Part shown: positions 1-10,296 of the stretch, in pieces
Numbering within the stretch: position 1 is the first letter of the stretch
Layout: every line of letters begins with the position of its first letter
Position numbers and translations under genes: made by a program
DNA from: Dehalococcoidia bacterium
GTDB lineage: Bacteria > Chloroflexota > Dehalococcoidia > UBA2979
Length of the DNA stretch: 64,000 nt
Direction of reading: 5' to 3'
NCBI GenBank assembly: GCA_965248675.1
Contig: CBDFJZ010000005.1
Coordinates: 349,855-413,854, forward strand
The notes under the pieces: model-generated
Seen by the model: the letters and a program-made list of their open reading frames with translations, nothing else
What the model was told of the DNA's origin: nothing
Databases searched by the model: none

Positions 1-2
1 CG

Positions 3-689
3 TTCGACGACCCGCGCGTGCGCAAGGCCCTCTACATGGCCGTCGACCGGAAGCGGCTTTCCGAAGAGACGTTCCAGGGGCTCGCCGATCCGATTGAGTT
101 CTACTGGCAGCCGTTCTCGGAGGCCTTCGACCCGGAGCTCGATCGCGAGCACTTCGACATAGACGCGGCCAAGGCGCTGATTGACGAGTCAGGCTGGGCC
201 GGCGAGGAGATCGAGCTCTCGGTGACTTCCGGTGGTGACCCCGCGGACGACGCGATCGCGGCGGTGATCCAGGCGGACGCCGAGAAGATCGGTATCAACC
301 TCAAGATCGAGCTCTACGACGGAGCCGTGCGAGGGCCGCTGTTCCGCGAGGGGCAGCTCCCGGGGGCGTACATTTCGTCCTTCGCGTTCTACGCGTTGCA
401 GCCGGAGACGCTGCCGGTGATGAACTTCCAGATGCGTCTGCCGAACTCGTGCGCGTACGACACGCCCGAGTACCGGGAGATCATCGATGGCTTCGGTGCG
501 CGGCCGACCGCCTCCGAGCGCACGGACCTGCACAAGCAGCTGAACGCGCTCTACGATCGAGAACCGTGGATCGCTCCGATCGTCAGCCGCGGCTACGTCT
601 GGGCGTGGCAGAAGAAGCTGAAAAACCTGACGTGGGACACTCTTTCGATTCCGTTCCACTCCAGGTACTGGCTCGACGAAGACGTCTAG
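3..689 (+). CDS. ABC transporter family-5 substrate-binding protein, C-terminal part (5' end outside window)
   Basis: FDDPRVRKALYMAVDR and AKALIDESGW motifs typical of OppA/DppA; followed by two permeases. Confidence 0.85.
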   Translation, partial: FDDPRVRKALYMAVDRKRLSEETFQGLADPIEFYWQPFSEAFDPELDREHFDIDAAKALIDESGWAGEEIELSVTSGGDPADDAIAAVIQADAEKIGINLKIELYDGAVRGPLFREGQLPGAYISSFAFYALQPETLPVMNFQMRLPNSCAYDTPEYREIIDGFGARPTASERTDLHKQLNALYDREPWIAPIVSRGYVWAWQKKLKNLTWDTLSIPFHSRYWLDEDV

Positions 690-759
690 CCAGTGGCCGC
701 GCCGAGGCCGGAGTTCGAGGTGAGGATCACCGGGACGCTGTTGAGTTAGGGTTGCGGGC

Positions 760-1704
760 ATGAGCGGGTTCATCGTGCGCCGCATGGCCGAAGCCGTCCT
801 GGTGATCTTTCTGGCGACGCTGGTCGTCTTCTTCGTGGTACGGCTGATCCCTGGCGATCCGGCTGAGCTGCTCGCAGGCGATGACGCCACCACCGAGGAC
901 ATCTTCGAGCTCCGCGAGCGACTGGGGCTGAACGACCCCGTGGCCATTCAGTACCTGAACTGGGTGACGGATGCCATCCGAGGCGACTTCGGCACGTCCT
1001 TCACCCGGAACCTGCCTGTCCGGGACGTCCTCGGCAACGCGGTGCTGCCCACGCTCGAGCTTGCAGTCGCGGGGTACTTCTTCGCGATTCTGATTGGAGT
1101 CCCGATCGGCATCTTCGCCGGCATCAAACCGGGCGGGATCGCGGACTATTTCGCCACCGCGTTCACGATCTCCACGCTCGGCATCCCAAACTTCATCCTC
1201 GGCCTGCTCCTGCTCTGGGTAGTGGGCGTCGAGCTCGGCTGGTTACCGGTCTCCGGGCGCGTGTCGATCGACGAGGACCCGCTGCAGGCCCTCAAGTTCC
1301 TGATCCTGCCGACGATCGCCGCCGGGTCCTCGCTCGCGTCTGTGCTGGCGCGGTTCGTACGAGCCTCGATCCAGGAGGTGATGAACCAGGACTACGTGCG
1401 GACCGCGCGGGCGAAGGGGCTCCGCGAACGCGAGGTGGTGTTGCGCCACGCCATGCGCAACGCCCTGATCCCCGTGATCACGGTCGCGGCGCTGCAGGTT
1501 GGCGGCCTGATCTCGGGCGCGCTGGTCGTCGAGGTCGTGTTCTCCAGGCCTGGCTTCGGCAGCCTGCTGATCAATTCCGTCGTCGGTCGGGACTATGTCC
1601 TGCTGCAGGCGCTGCTCGCGGTCCTCGTCGCCATCTTCATCGCCGCGAACACGCTGGCGGACATCACCTATGGCTTTGCCGATCCGCGGATCCGAGTGCG
1701 CTGA
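760..1704 (+). CDS. Peptide/nickel ABC permease (DppB/OppB type)
   Basis: PGDPA, LGLNDP..QY and DYVRTARAKGL (EAA loop); multiple TM segments. Confidence 0.95.
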   Translation: MSGFIVRRMAEAVLVIFLATLVVFFVVRLIPGDPAELLAGDDATTEDIFELRERLGLNDPVAIQYLNWVTDAIRGDFGTSFTRNLPVRDVLGNAVLPTLELAVAGYFFAILIGVPIGIFAGIKPGGIADYFATAFTISTLGIPNFILGLLLLWVVGVELGWLPVSGRVSIDEDPLQALKFLILPTIAAGSSLASVLARFVRASIQEVMNQDYVRTARAKGLREREVVLRHAMRNALIPVITVAALQVGGLISGALVVEVVFSRPGFGSLLINSVVGRDYVLLQALLAVLVAIFIAANTLADITYGFADPRIRVR

Positions 1705-2615
1705 TGGCGGAGACCGCACAGGCCACCGAACTCAAGATCCGACAGAACCGGATACTGGAATGGCGCCGCCAGTCTCAGGTCTTCGACGTCATCTACCGCG
1801 TGGTCCGCGAGCGGCGCGGGCAGGTCGCGGTGCTGATCCTCGTCCTGCTGGCTCTGGGCGCGATCTTCGCGCCCGTGCTCACCCCCTATCACTACGCCGA
1901 GCAGATCCGCGGCGCGCGACTCGAGTCACCGTCGTGGTCGAACCCGCTCGGCACTGATCACCTCAATCGCGATCAGCTCACGCGGGTGCTCGTTGGCCTT
2001 CGGATCTCGCTGCTGGTGAGCGCGAGCGCCGTCGCGATCGGCGCGCCGGTCGGGGTCGCGATCGGCTACGTCGCAGGCTACTTCGGTGGCTGGGTCGAGA
2101 GCGTCCTGATGCGGTTGATCGACACGATGCTGGCGTTCCCGGGCCTGCTCACCGCGATCGCGGTGCTCGCGATCCTCGGCACGGGACTGCGCGAGATCGC
2201 GATCACGCTGGGCATCGGTGCGGTGCCGGTCTTCGCGCGGCTCTCACGCGGGCAGATGCTCCAGGAGAAGGAGCGCGACTACACGCTCGCCGCGCGCGCG
2301 CTCGGCGCGAGCCCGCTGCGGATCGTCGTGCGGCACATCGCGATCAACACGCTGCCGCCGCTGCTCGTCCAGGCGGCGCTGGTGATGGCCTTCGCCGTGA
2401 TCGCCGAGGCGACGCTGAACTTCCTCGGACTGGGCGCGTCGCCGCCGATCCCGACGATCGGGATCCTGCTGTCCGATGCACGACAGTGGCTGACCAGCGG
2501 CGCGTGGTGGTACATCCTCTTCCCGACGCTGGTGCTCTCGCTGATCTTGATCTCGCTCAACTTCATGGCCGACGCGATCGTCGAGGCGACGAACCCGTAC
2601 GCGAGGAATCGCTAG
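1704..2615 (+). CDS. Peptide/nickel ABC permease (DppC/OppC type)
   Basis: PLGTD..RD, AARALGAS, EATLNFLGLG; TGATG overlap with upstream permease. Confidence 0.95.
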   Translation: MAETAQATELKIRQNRILEWRRQSQVFDVIYRVVRERRGQVAVLILVLLALGAIFAPVLTPYHYAEQIRGARLESPSWSNPLGTDHLNRDQLTRVLVGLRISLLVSASAVAIGAPVGVAIGYVAGYFGGWVESVLMRLIDTMLAFPGLLTAIAVLAILGTGLREIAITLGIGAVPVFARLSRGQMLQEKERDYTLAARALGASPLRIVVRHIAINTLPPLLVQAALVMAFAVIAEATLNFLGLGASPPIPTIGILLSDARQWLTSGAWWYILFPTLVLSLILISLNFMADAIVEATNPYARNR

Positions 2616-2656
2616 CCGGCCGGCCGAATCCGCCAGCGAAGCTGGAGGGGGGACCA

Positions 2657-3934
2657 GTGACCGAGGAGCCGACCGCCCTGTTCGAGGGCTTGCGGGTTGT
2701 CGAGTTCGGCGTGTTCGTCGCCGGCCCCTACGCGGCCGAGCTGTTCGCGCACGGTGGCGCCGACGTGATCAAGGTCGAACCCGCCGAGGGCGACGCGACA
2801 CGGTTCAACAGCACGATCGTCCCGGGCGAAGGCCGGCAGTACATCATCAAGGCCCGCGGTAAGCGCGGCATTCCGATCCAGCTCGGGCACCCCGACGGGC
2901 AGGCGATCGCGCGACGGCTCGCGCTGAGCGCCGACGTGCTCATCTCCAACATGAGGCCGGGCACGCTGAAGAAGTACAACCTCGACTACGACAGTCTGAG
3001 CGCCGAGAACCCGCGCATTATTGTGGGTGAGATCAGCGCGTTCGGATCTGAGGGCCCATATGGCGGCCTCGCTGGAGCGGACTTCCAGGCCCAGGCGGCC
3101 TCCGGGCTGATGATGTCGGCGGGTGCGTTCGACGGTGACGAACCGCGTTACACCGACGCCTACCTCACCGACTACATGTCGGGCGTGCTGCTCGCCTTCG
3201 GCGTCGCGTCGGCGCTCTGGCGCCGCGAGCAGACCGGCTACGGCCAGCAGGTCTGCGCCACCCTCTACCAGGCCGGGCTGGCGTTGCAGCACGGGACGGC
3301 GAACATCTTCGACGCGGTCGACCTCTGGAAGCGTGACTTCGCCAAATGGGTGAAGATCGAGGAACCGAACGCTCGCGAGGCCGCCGATCGTCGTCGCGCC
3401 CAGGGGCCGATGGCAGCCGCCGGTACCTATCGGACGGCGGACAATCGCTTCATCGCCGTCGGCGCCTCCAAGCGAGCGCTGAGCCGGCTCTTGCCGCTGC
3501 TCGGTATCGCGGACGACAGTCTCGATCCCGCGTGGCAGATGCCCGACGACTCGCGTGAGCACTTCGCCGCGCTGCGCCTTCGGATGAAAGAAGCGATCAG
3601 CCAGCTGCAGAGCGCGGAGCTGCTTCACGAGCTGCAGTCAGCCGGCATCCCCTGCGCGATGGCGGAGTTCCTCGAGGAAGTCATGCTGGGCGAACAGGCC
3701 GAGGCGAACGGCTTCGTCTACTCCGCCGATCACCCGGCCGTGGGGCCGATGATCATGCCCGGCGCGCCCGTGAAGTTCGGGCGGGACCGCTACGAGGCGG
3801 GCGACCGGTCGCCCGCGTTCGGCGAGCACGCGCGCGAGGTGCTCGGGGAGCTTGGGTATTCGGACGACGAGATCGCGGGATTCATCGAGGACGGCGCGGT
3901 CGCCGAGGAGCTGGATCTGACGCGCACCTGGTAA
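2657..3934 (+). CDS. Family III (CaiB/BaiF) CoA-transferase
   Basis: GLRVVEF..AGP..GADVIKVEP, ADVLISNMRPG, SPAFGEH; GTG start at 2657 behind GGAGG. Confidence 0.9.
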   Translation: MTEEPTALFEGLRVVEFGVFVAGPYAAELFAHGGADVIKVEPAEGDATRFNSTIVPGEGRQYIIKARGKRGIPIQLGHPDGQAIARRLALSADVLISNMRPGTLKKYNLDYDSLSAENPRIIVGEISAFGSEGPYGGLAGADFQAQAASGLMMSAGAFDGDEPRYTDAYLTDYMSGVLLAFGVASALWRREQTGYGQQVCATLYQAGLALQHGTANIFDAVDLWKRDFAKWVKIEEPNAREAADRRRAQGPMAAAGTYRTADNRFIAVGASKRALSRLLPLLGIADDSLDPAWQMPDDSREHFAALRLRMKEAISQLQSAELLHELQSAGIPCAMAEFLEEVMLGEQAEANGFVYSADHPAVGPMIMPGAPVKFGRDRYEAGDRSPAFGEHAREVLGELGYSDDEIAGFIEDGAVAEELDLTRTW

Positions 3935-4005
3935 CACCGGCCTGAGCGGAACAGAAGTCAGATACCTCGGCGGCCGCGTCGAGGTTCAGATACGGGGAGG
4001 GCACA

Positions 4006-6282
4006 ATGACCACCGAGACCGATTTCGAGGGCACGATCGGACGCAGCTTCCAGGATTCACAGCCCTGGTGGCCGCCACCCCCGGCGACGGCGGACGGCAA
4101 CAGCCCGAACGTCGTGATCATCCTCTTCGACGACCTCGGATTCGCTCAGCTTGGCTGCTACGGATCGACGATCGATACGTCCAACATCGACGCGCTTGCC
4201 GCGGCGGGCGTGCGGTTCTCGAACTACCACACGACGGCGCTCTGCTCGCCAACCCGCGCGAGCCTGCTGACCGGCCGGAACCATCACTCGATCGGGATGC
4301 GAGCGATCGCCGACTACGACAGCGGCTTCCCGAACATGCGCGGGGCGATCACCAAGAACGCGGCCACACTCGCGGAGATGTTGCGCGAGCACGGCTATGC
4401 CACGTTCGCGACCGGCAAGTGGCACCTCGCGCCTCGCGAGCAGCGTTCCGCGGCAGGGCCGTTCGATGACTGGCCGCTCCAGCGCGGCTTCGACCGCTAC
4501 TACGGGTTCCTCTCGGGCGCCGAGGACCAGTTCTATCCCGAGCTGACCCAGGACAACCACCACATCCATCCCCCGGCTACACCGGACGAGGGGTATCACT
4601 TCAGCGCGGATATCGTTGATCAGGCGATCGGTTACATCCGCGATCACCGGTCGATCTATCCGACGCGGCCGTTCTTCCTCTACCTGCCGTTCGGCGCCAC
4701 GCACTCTCCGCACCAGGCGCCCGCGGACTACATCGAGAAGTACCGAGGCAAGTTCGATCAGGGCTGGGACGCGACACGCGAGGAGTGGCGCCAGCGCCAG
4801 CTCGAGAGCGGGATCATCCCGCCAGGTACCGATCTCGCTCCTCGGAACCCCGGCGTTGAGGCGTGGGACGATCTGTCCGAGAACGCCAGGAAGCTCGCTG
4901 CGCGTCTACAAGAGGCATTCGCGGGCTTCCTCGATCACACGGACGACCAGATCGGCCGCCTCGTGCGGTTCCTGGACGAGTCCGGCGATCTCGACAACAC
5001 GATCCTGATGGTCACCTCGGATAACGGCGCCAGCCAGGAGGGCGGTCCTCAGGGCGTGACGGATGGCGCACGCTACTCGCATCCGCTGCTCGACGACCTC
5101 GACACGATCGAGTCCCGGCTGGACGACATCGGCGGGCCCCGCAGCGCGCCGAATTACCCGTGGGGCTGGGCACAGGCCGGGAACACGCCGCTGAAGTGGT
5201 ACAAGAGCCAGACGCACGGCGGGGGCATTCGCGATCCGCTGGTCGTCCATTGGCCCCAGCAGATCACCGACGGCGGCGCCATCCGCCACGAGTTCCACCA
5301 CGTAACCGATATCGTGCCGACCGTGCTGGAGCTCCTCGATCTCGAGGCGCCGACCACCTACCGCGGCGTCGACCAGATGCCCGTCTCGGGCACCAGCTTC
5401 GCGTACGCACTGGCTGCCTCGGGCGACGACGCGCCTCGACGAGGACCACAGTACTTCGAGATGTTCGGGCACCGCGCGATCTGGGCGGACGGCTGGAAGG
5501 CAGTCTCCCACCACACGAAGAACGCTGCCTACACAGACGACGAGTGGGAGCTGTACCACGTCGATGAGGACTTCTCCGAGTGCCACGATCTGGCCGGGGA
5601 GCTGCCCGACAAGCTGCGAGAGCTGATCGATATCTGGTGGATCGAGGCCGGTCGTTACGGCGTGCTTCCACTCGATGACCGCAGCTTCCAGCTCACCGGG
5701 CCCGCTCAGCGGCCGGGCAGCGTGCACGAGACTCTGAAGTACCACTACATCCCACCGATCTCGCGCGTGCCGGGATCGGTCGCACCGGCGATGGCGCTGG
5801 GCGAGTGGTCGATGACCTTCGAGATCGAGCGCGCCGATTCCTCAGACGGCGGATTGCTCTTAGCCCGTGGCAGTCAGAACGAGGGGATGGCCTTCTACGT
5901 GAAGGGCAATCGGCTGCAGTTCGACTACAACGCGCTCACCGACATCACCCACGGCGAGTCTGACATCGACGTCCCCGATGGCCGTGTCTCGGTCGGCGCG
6001 AGACTGGAGGGCGAAGGGATCGGAGGGACCGGCCGCGTCATCTTCTCGATCGACGGAGCGGACGCCGGCACCATCGAGCTCCCGTTCTTGCTGCGCGGCG
6101 TCGGTGGCGGCGCCGCCCGCATCGGGTCCGATCACCACTCGCCGGTCAGCCCGGGCTATGACCCACGCTCCGAATTCAGCGGCACGATTCACGCCGTGGA
6201 CATCGAGGTGACTCGGTGGGCGACGGGCCAGCGGCTGGTTGCCGGGGAGGCGCCCAGGAGCCTGTACACCTCGAACCTCTAG
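4006..6282 (+). CDS. Arylsulfatase with C-terminal beta-sandwich extension
   Basis: PNVVIILFDDLG, formylglycine motif CSPTR, GKWH, SDNG. Confidence 0.95.
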   Translation: MTTETDFEGTIGRSFQDSQPWWPPPPATADGNSPNVVIILFDDLGFAQLGCYGSTIDTSNIDALAAAGVRFSNYHTTALCSPTRASLLTGRNHHSIGMRAIADYDSGFPNMRGAITKNAATLAEMLREHGYATFATGKWHLAPREQRSAAGPFDDWPLQRGFDRYYGFLSGAEDQFYPELTQDNHHIHPPATPDEGYHFSADIVDQAIGYIRDHRSIYPTRPFFLYLPFGATHSPHQAPADYIEKYRGKFDQGWDATREEWRQRQLESGIIPPGTDLAPRNPGVEAWDDLSENARKLAARLQEAFAGFLDHTDDQIGRLVRFLDESGDLDNTILMVTSDNGASQEGGPQGVTDGARYSHPLLDDLDTIESRLDDIGGPRSAPNYPWGWAQAGNTPLKWYKSQTHGGGIRDPLVVHWPQQITDGGAIRHEFHHVTDIVPTVLELLDLEAPTTYRGVDQMPVSGTSFAYALAASGDDAPRRGPQYFEMFGHRAIWADGWKAVSHHTKNAAYTDDEWELYHVDEDFSECHDLAGELPDKLRELIDIWWIEAGRYGVLPLDDRSFQLTGPAQRPGSVHETLKYHYIPPISRVPGSVAPAMALGEWSMTFEIERADSSDGGLLLARGSQNEGMAFYVKGNRLQFDYNALTDITHGESDIDVPDGRVSVGARLEGEGIGGTGRVIFSIDGADAGTIELPFLLRGVGGGAARIGSDHHSPVSPGYDPRSEFSGTIHAVDIEVTRWATGQRLVAGEAPRSLYTSNL

Positions 6283-6386
6283 GCGCTGGCCACGGGTTCG
6301 GTTCAGTCGGGCCGCCCTCGGGGGCGGCCCGCCGCGTGCCGAGGGCATGCATGGCGGCGGTAGCCGCGGCTCGGCATACTGCGCCG

Positions 6387-7529
6387 ATGCCGCTGCTCCC
6401 GTTCCGTATCGAATTCACCGAGCGCGCGATCGCCGACCTGCACCGGCGCCTCGACGCCGCGCGCTGGCCCGAGATCGTGATCGACGAAGGCTGGCAAGCC
6501 GGCACCAACGACGCCGTGCTCCGCGATCTCGTGCACTACTGGCGCGCCGATTACGATTGGTTCGCGGTGCAGGACGAGCTGAACGAGCTGACGCACGTCC
6601 GAGGGCCGGTCGGCGGCGAAGAGCTGCACGCGATCCTCTACACCGGACCCGGCAGCGAGCAGCGGATGCCTCTGCTCCTGGTCCACGGCTGGCCGGGCTC
6701 CGTCGTCGAGTTTCTGGATGCCGCCGAGCTGCTGGCGGCGGGGCTGGACGGCGCCCCGGGCTTCGACCTCGTGATCCCCTCGCTGCCCGGCTTCGGCTTC
6801 TCCGAGGCGCCGCGAACACCCGGCATGCACCCGGGCACGATCGCCGAGCGGCTGCATGCGCTCATGCTCGAACTCGGGTACGAGCGCTACGGGGTGCAGG
6901 GTGGCGACTGGGGCGCGATCACCGGGACCGCGCTCGCGCTCCAGCAGCCCGACGCGGTCCTCGGTCTGCACGTCAACTTCGTGGGTACCGCGGCTCGCGG
7001 CCGGCCGCCGGCCGACGACGAGATCAGTGACGAGGAGCGCGCGTTCCGCGAACGTCAGCAAGCGTTCCAGGCGACGGAGACCGACTACAGCCACATCCAG
7101 GGCACGCGACCGCAGACGCTGGCGTACGCGCAGCACGATTCACCCGTTGGGCTGCTTTCCTGGATCCTCGAAAAGTTCTGGGTCTGGTCGGACCACGGCG
7201 ACGACCTCTGGGACACCCTCGATCGCGACCGGTTGCTGACCAACGTGATGCTCTACTGGCTGACCGGCTCGGTGCTGTCGGCCGCCCGGATCTACTACGA
7301 AATGCGGCGCGGCGGCGCCTCGGCGCTCGCCGGTCGGGTGACGGTACCCACCGCCTACGCACGCTTCCCGGCCGAGCCGTGGGCGGCGCCACGCGAGGTC
7401 GCCGAGCGTCGCTACAACCTCGTCCGAATGACGGATCCGGCACACGGCGGCCACTTCGCCGCCCTCGAGCAGCCCACGCTTTACGCCGCGGACGTGGCGT
7501 CCTTCTTCGCGGGATTGTCGCGCGACTAG
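6387..7529 (+). CDS. Epoxide hydrolase (EHN plus alpha/beta hydrolase)
   Basis: HGWPGS, PSLPGFGFS, GGDWG nucleophile elbow, GGHFAALEQP; ATG at 6387. Confidence 0.93.
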   Translation: MPLLPFRIEFTERAIADLHRRLDAARWPEIVIDEGWQAGTNDAVLRDLVHYWRADYDWFAVQDELNELTHVRGPVGGEELHAILYTGPGSEQRMPLLLVHGWPGSVVEFLDAAELLAAGLDGAPGFDLVIPSLPGFGFSEAPRTPGMHPGTIAERLHALMLELGYERYGVQGGDWGAITGTALALQQPDAVLGLHVNFVGTAARGRPPADDEISDEERAFRERQQAFQATETDYSHIQGTRPQTLAYAQHDSPVGLLSWILEKFWVWSDHGDDLWDTLDRDRLLTNVMLYWLTGSVLSAARIYYEMRRGGASALAGRVTVPTAYARFPAEPWAAPREVAERRYNLVRMTDPAHGGHFAALEQPTLYAADVASFFAGLSRD

Positions 7530-7574
7530 CGAGCATTGCGTGCCGGATCCGGCGATCCGTACACTCCGGGTCAC

Positions 7575-7650
7575 GCCCTCGTAGCTCAGTGGATAGAGCA
7601 CTGGCCTCCGGAGCCAGGTGTCGCAGGCTCGAATCCTGCCGAGGGTACCA
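7575..7650 (+). tRNA. tRNA-Arg(CCG)
   Basis: GCCCTCGTAGCTCAGTGGATAGAGCA; anticodon arm CTGGC-CTCCGGA-GCCAG; ends GAGGGTACCA. Confidence 0.95.
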
Positions 7651-7664
7651 GCGCCCATCTAGTC

Positions 7665-7709
7665 GTTCGCGACTCACCGGAGGACCCCCAGGGTCGCCTC
7701 GGTGCGAAC
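7665..7709 (+). terminator. Long hairpin just downstream of tRNA-Arg (possible terminator or processing signal)
   Basis: GTTCGC..ACCGGAGGACCC-CCA-GGGTCGCCTCGGT-GCGAAC imperfect inverted repeat; no U-tract. Confidence 0.35.
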
Positions 7710-7811
7710 CGCCGGGCCCTCGATGCTCGTGATCCACGCTGCGGACCGCGACCGCTACCATGGATCGCGGAGCGAGACGATCAACCGGGTCGCAGTGGAG
7801 ACAGCACGTCC

Positions 7812-8648
7812 TTGAGCGGCAACCGAAGACAGCAGGAGCGAGAACAGCGCCGTCGTCAACGGCGCGGCCGGCGGCAGCGCGCGCGCCAGGTATCTGTGCC
7901 GGAGTCGGCCGGTCACGTCGAGTTCACGGGCCCCATGGGCTTCATGCAGCGCCACATGCGTGGGTTTTTCATTGGCGGCATCATCGTCATGGTGCTGAGC
8001 CTCGGCGGCATCATCTTCGCGACCCAGGCCGGCTCGCACGACCCGGGAACGACAGACACGTCGACCGACAGCGCGGACGCGGACACGGAGAACGTGGCAG
8101 ACGTCGACCCCGAGGAGCCGCCGGACGACGGCATCGTCCGGGTCTACGACGCGGCGCCCGCGATGACGATCGATCCAGACGCGATCTACGAGGCGGTGAT
8201 CCGGCTCTCGAGCGGCGAGGTGCGGATCGAGCTGTACGCCTCCGAGGCTCCCGAGTACGTGAACAATTTCGTCTTCCTCGCGAACAACCAGTTCTTCGAG
8301 GGCCTGACGTTCCATCGCGTGATCCCCGGGTTCGTGGCGCAGGCGGGGGATCCGACCGGCGCCGGGTTCGGGTCGCCGGGATACGCGCTCGTCGAGGAAA
8401 CGAACTCACTCAGCTTCGAGCGCGGCGTGCTGTCGATGGCGAAGGACGCCAGCGGCCAGGCGAACGGATCGCAGTTCTTCATCACGCTCGGACCGACGCC
8501 GCACCTCGACGGCGACTTCACCGTCTTCGGACAGGTGATCGAGGGCATCGAGCTCGTCGACGGGCTGACGCCGCGGGATCCGCAGGCGGATGTTGCGGTC
8601 GACGGCGACACGATTCTCGGGATCGAGATCATCGAACGCGAGGCCTGA
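7812..8648 (+). CDS. Membrane-anchored cyclophilin-type peptidyl-prolyl isomerase
   Basis: Arg-rich N-terminus, one TM (FFIGGIIVMVLSLGGIIF), acidic linker, FHRVIPGFVAQAGDP, NGSQFFI; start uncertain (TTG 7812). Confidence 0.88.
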   Translation: MSGNRRQQEREQRRRQRRGRRQRARQVSVPESAGHVEFTGPMGFMQRHMRGFFIGGIIVMVLSLGGIIFATQAGSHDPGTTDTSTDSADADTENVADVDPEEPPDDGIVRVYDAAPAMTIDPDAIYEAVIRLSSGEVRIELYASEAPEYVNNFVFLANNQFFEGLTFHRVIPGFVAQAGDPTGAGFGSPGYALVEETNSLSFERGVLSMAKDASGQANGSQFFITLGPTPHLDGDFTVFGQVIEGIELVDGLTPRDPQADVAVDGDTILGIEIIEREA

Positions 8649-8649
8649 T

Positions 8650-9153
8650 CTGGCTCCTCGATACGATGCTCCTCCGCCGATGTCGATCGATGCCGATCGG
8701 CGGTACCGGGCGATCGTGCACAGCGAACGCGGCGACATCTCGATCGAGTTACTGCCCGCTGTCGCGCCGGCGACCGTCAACAACTTCGTTTTCCTCGCGC
8801 GTGACGGCTTCTATGACGGCACGTCCTTTCACCGCGTGATCCCGGGCTTCCTCGCGCAGGCCGGGGATCCGATCGGCAACGGTCGCGGCGGCCCCGGCTA
8901 CCGATTCCCGGACGAAATCTCGGAGACGCCGTTCGTCCGTGGCACCGTTGGGATGGCGAACGCGGGACCGAACACGAACGGCTCGCAGTTCTACATCTTG
9001 CTGGCGGACGCGCCTCAGCTGGCCGGTCGCTACAGCGCGTTCGGTCGCGTCGTCGAAGGCCTCGAACTCGCCGCAGCGCTGACACCTCGCGACCCCTCGA
9101 CCGACACCGCGCCCGGCGACCGGATCACCTCGATCGAGGTCATCGAGGGCTAG
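8650..9153 (+). CDS. Cyclophilin-type peptidyl-prolyl isomerase (soluble)
   Basis: FHRVIPGF..QAGDP, GMANAGPNTNGSQF; start either CTG 8650 or ATG 8680. Confidence 0.88.
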   Translation: MAPRYDAPPPMSIDADRRYRAIVHSERGDISIELLPAVAPATVNNFVFLARDGFYDGTSFHRVIPGFLAQAGDPIGNGRGGPGYRFPDEISETPFVRGTVGMANAGPNTNGSQFYILLADAPQLAGRYSAFGRVVEGLELAAALTPRDPSTDTAPGDRITSIEVIEG

Positions 9154-9252
9154 TCGGGATCGCCCCTCGGTCGCGCTCCTGCGAGTGCTGATTCCGGCCG
9201 TTGGTGGGGGTGCACTCTCTGTAGATTTCCCTCGTCTCCACCGAGAATCAGT

Positions 9253-10296
9253 GTGGAGGCTGCCGTGACCGCTCGCCTACTCGTGGCCCATGATGCCGAG
9301 GCCGATTGCGCCGATCTCGTCGCTCGCCTGCGCGACGCCGGCTACGCAGTGGACGTCGCCGATGGTGTCGGTCCGGCCTGCTTCATGCTCCGCCGTCACG
9401 ACTACGTGGTCGTGCTGGCCGACCTGCCGGGCGCCGACGCGCTCGCGATCCTGCGCGCGGCCGGTCGCAGCAGGCCCGCCGCGCGCGTGATCCTGACGCT
9501 GCCGGCGGTGGCCACGACGCCCGAGCCTGCGCTGCCCGAGCTGAGCCGAGCCGCCTATCGCTGTCTTCGACACCCGGCCCACCTCGAGGATGAGCTGCTG
9601 CCGCTGGTCGCCGAGGCGATCGCCGACTTTCGGACGGAGCGGGAGCGCCCGGCGCGCGCCTCGGAGGAACGACGGTCTCCCTCGAAGCGGTCGATCGACG
9701 ACGCGGTCGACGGCCTGATCCGGGCACTGCAACTGACGCTCGAGTTCCACGACCGCTCAGCGGAGCGGCGACCTCGTCGGGTGATCGCGATGGCCAGCGA
9801 GCTGGCCCGCGCGTGCGGGATCGCGGACGGCACGCCCGAGATGGAGGACATCTATCGGGCGGCGGCGCTGTCCGACATCGGGAAGCTTGGCGTCGCGGCG
9901 ACCGTGCTGGCAAAGCAGCAACCGCTGAGCGAGCTGGATTGGCAGGAGCTGCGGAAGCACCCGGAGTACAGCTGGCGGATCCTGCGCGAGGTGCCGGAGC
10001 TGCGCGGGGCGGCCCAGCTGTTGTATGCCGCCCGCGAGCGCTGGGACGGCCACGGCTATCCGCGCAACCTCGGCGGCGAGCGCATTCCGGTCGGCGCTCG
10101 AGTCGTCGCGGTGGCCGTCGCCTGGGACGCGATGACCTCGCAGCGGGTGTATCGCCCGGCGCTTTCCGCGGCGGAGGCGCAGCTCGAGGTGGCCGAGGGC
10201 GGTGGCACGAGCTTCGACCCCGTGGTCGTCCAGGCGTTCGAGCGGGTGATGTTGAGTTGGACTCCGGCCACCGTCCGCGCCGTGGACGCGGCCTAG
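9253..10296 (+). CDS. Receiver-like plus HD-GYP domain protein, degenerate active site
   Basis: REC-like N-terminus; SDIGK, KHPEYS, ERWDGHGYP, DAMTSQRVYR, FDPVVV. Confidence 0.85.
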   Translation: MEAAVTARLLVAHDAEADCADLVARLRDAGYAVDVADGVGPACFMLRRHDYVVVLADLPGADALAILRAAGRSRPAARVILTLPAVATTPEPALPELSRAAYRCLRHPAHLEDELLPLVAEAIADFRTERERPARASEERRSPSKRSIDDAVDGLIRALQLTLEFHDRSAERRPRRVIAMASELARACGIADGTPEMEDIYRAAALSDIGKLGVAATVLAKQQPLSELDWQELRKHPEYSWRILREVPELRGAAQLLYAARERWDGHGYPRNLGGERIPVGARVVAVAVAWDAMTSQRVYRPALSAAEAQLEVAEGGGTSFDPVVVQAFERVMLSWTPATVRAVDAA

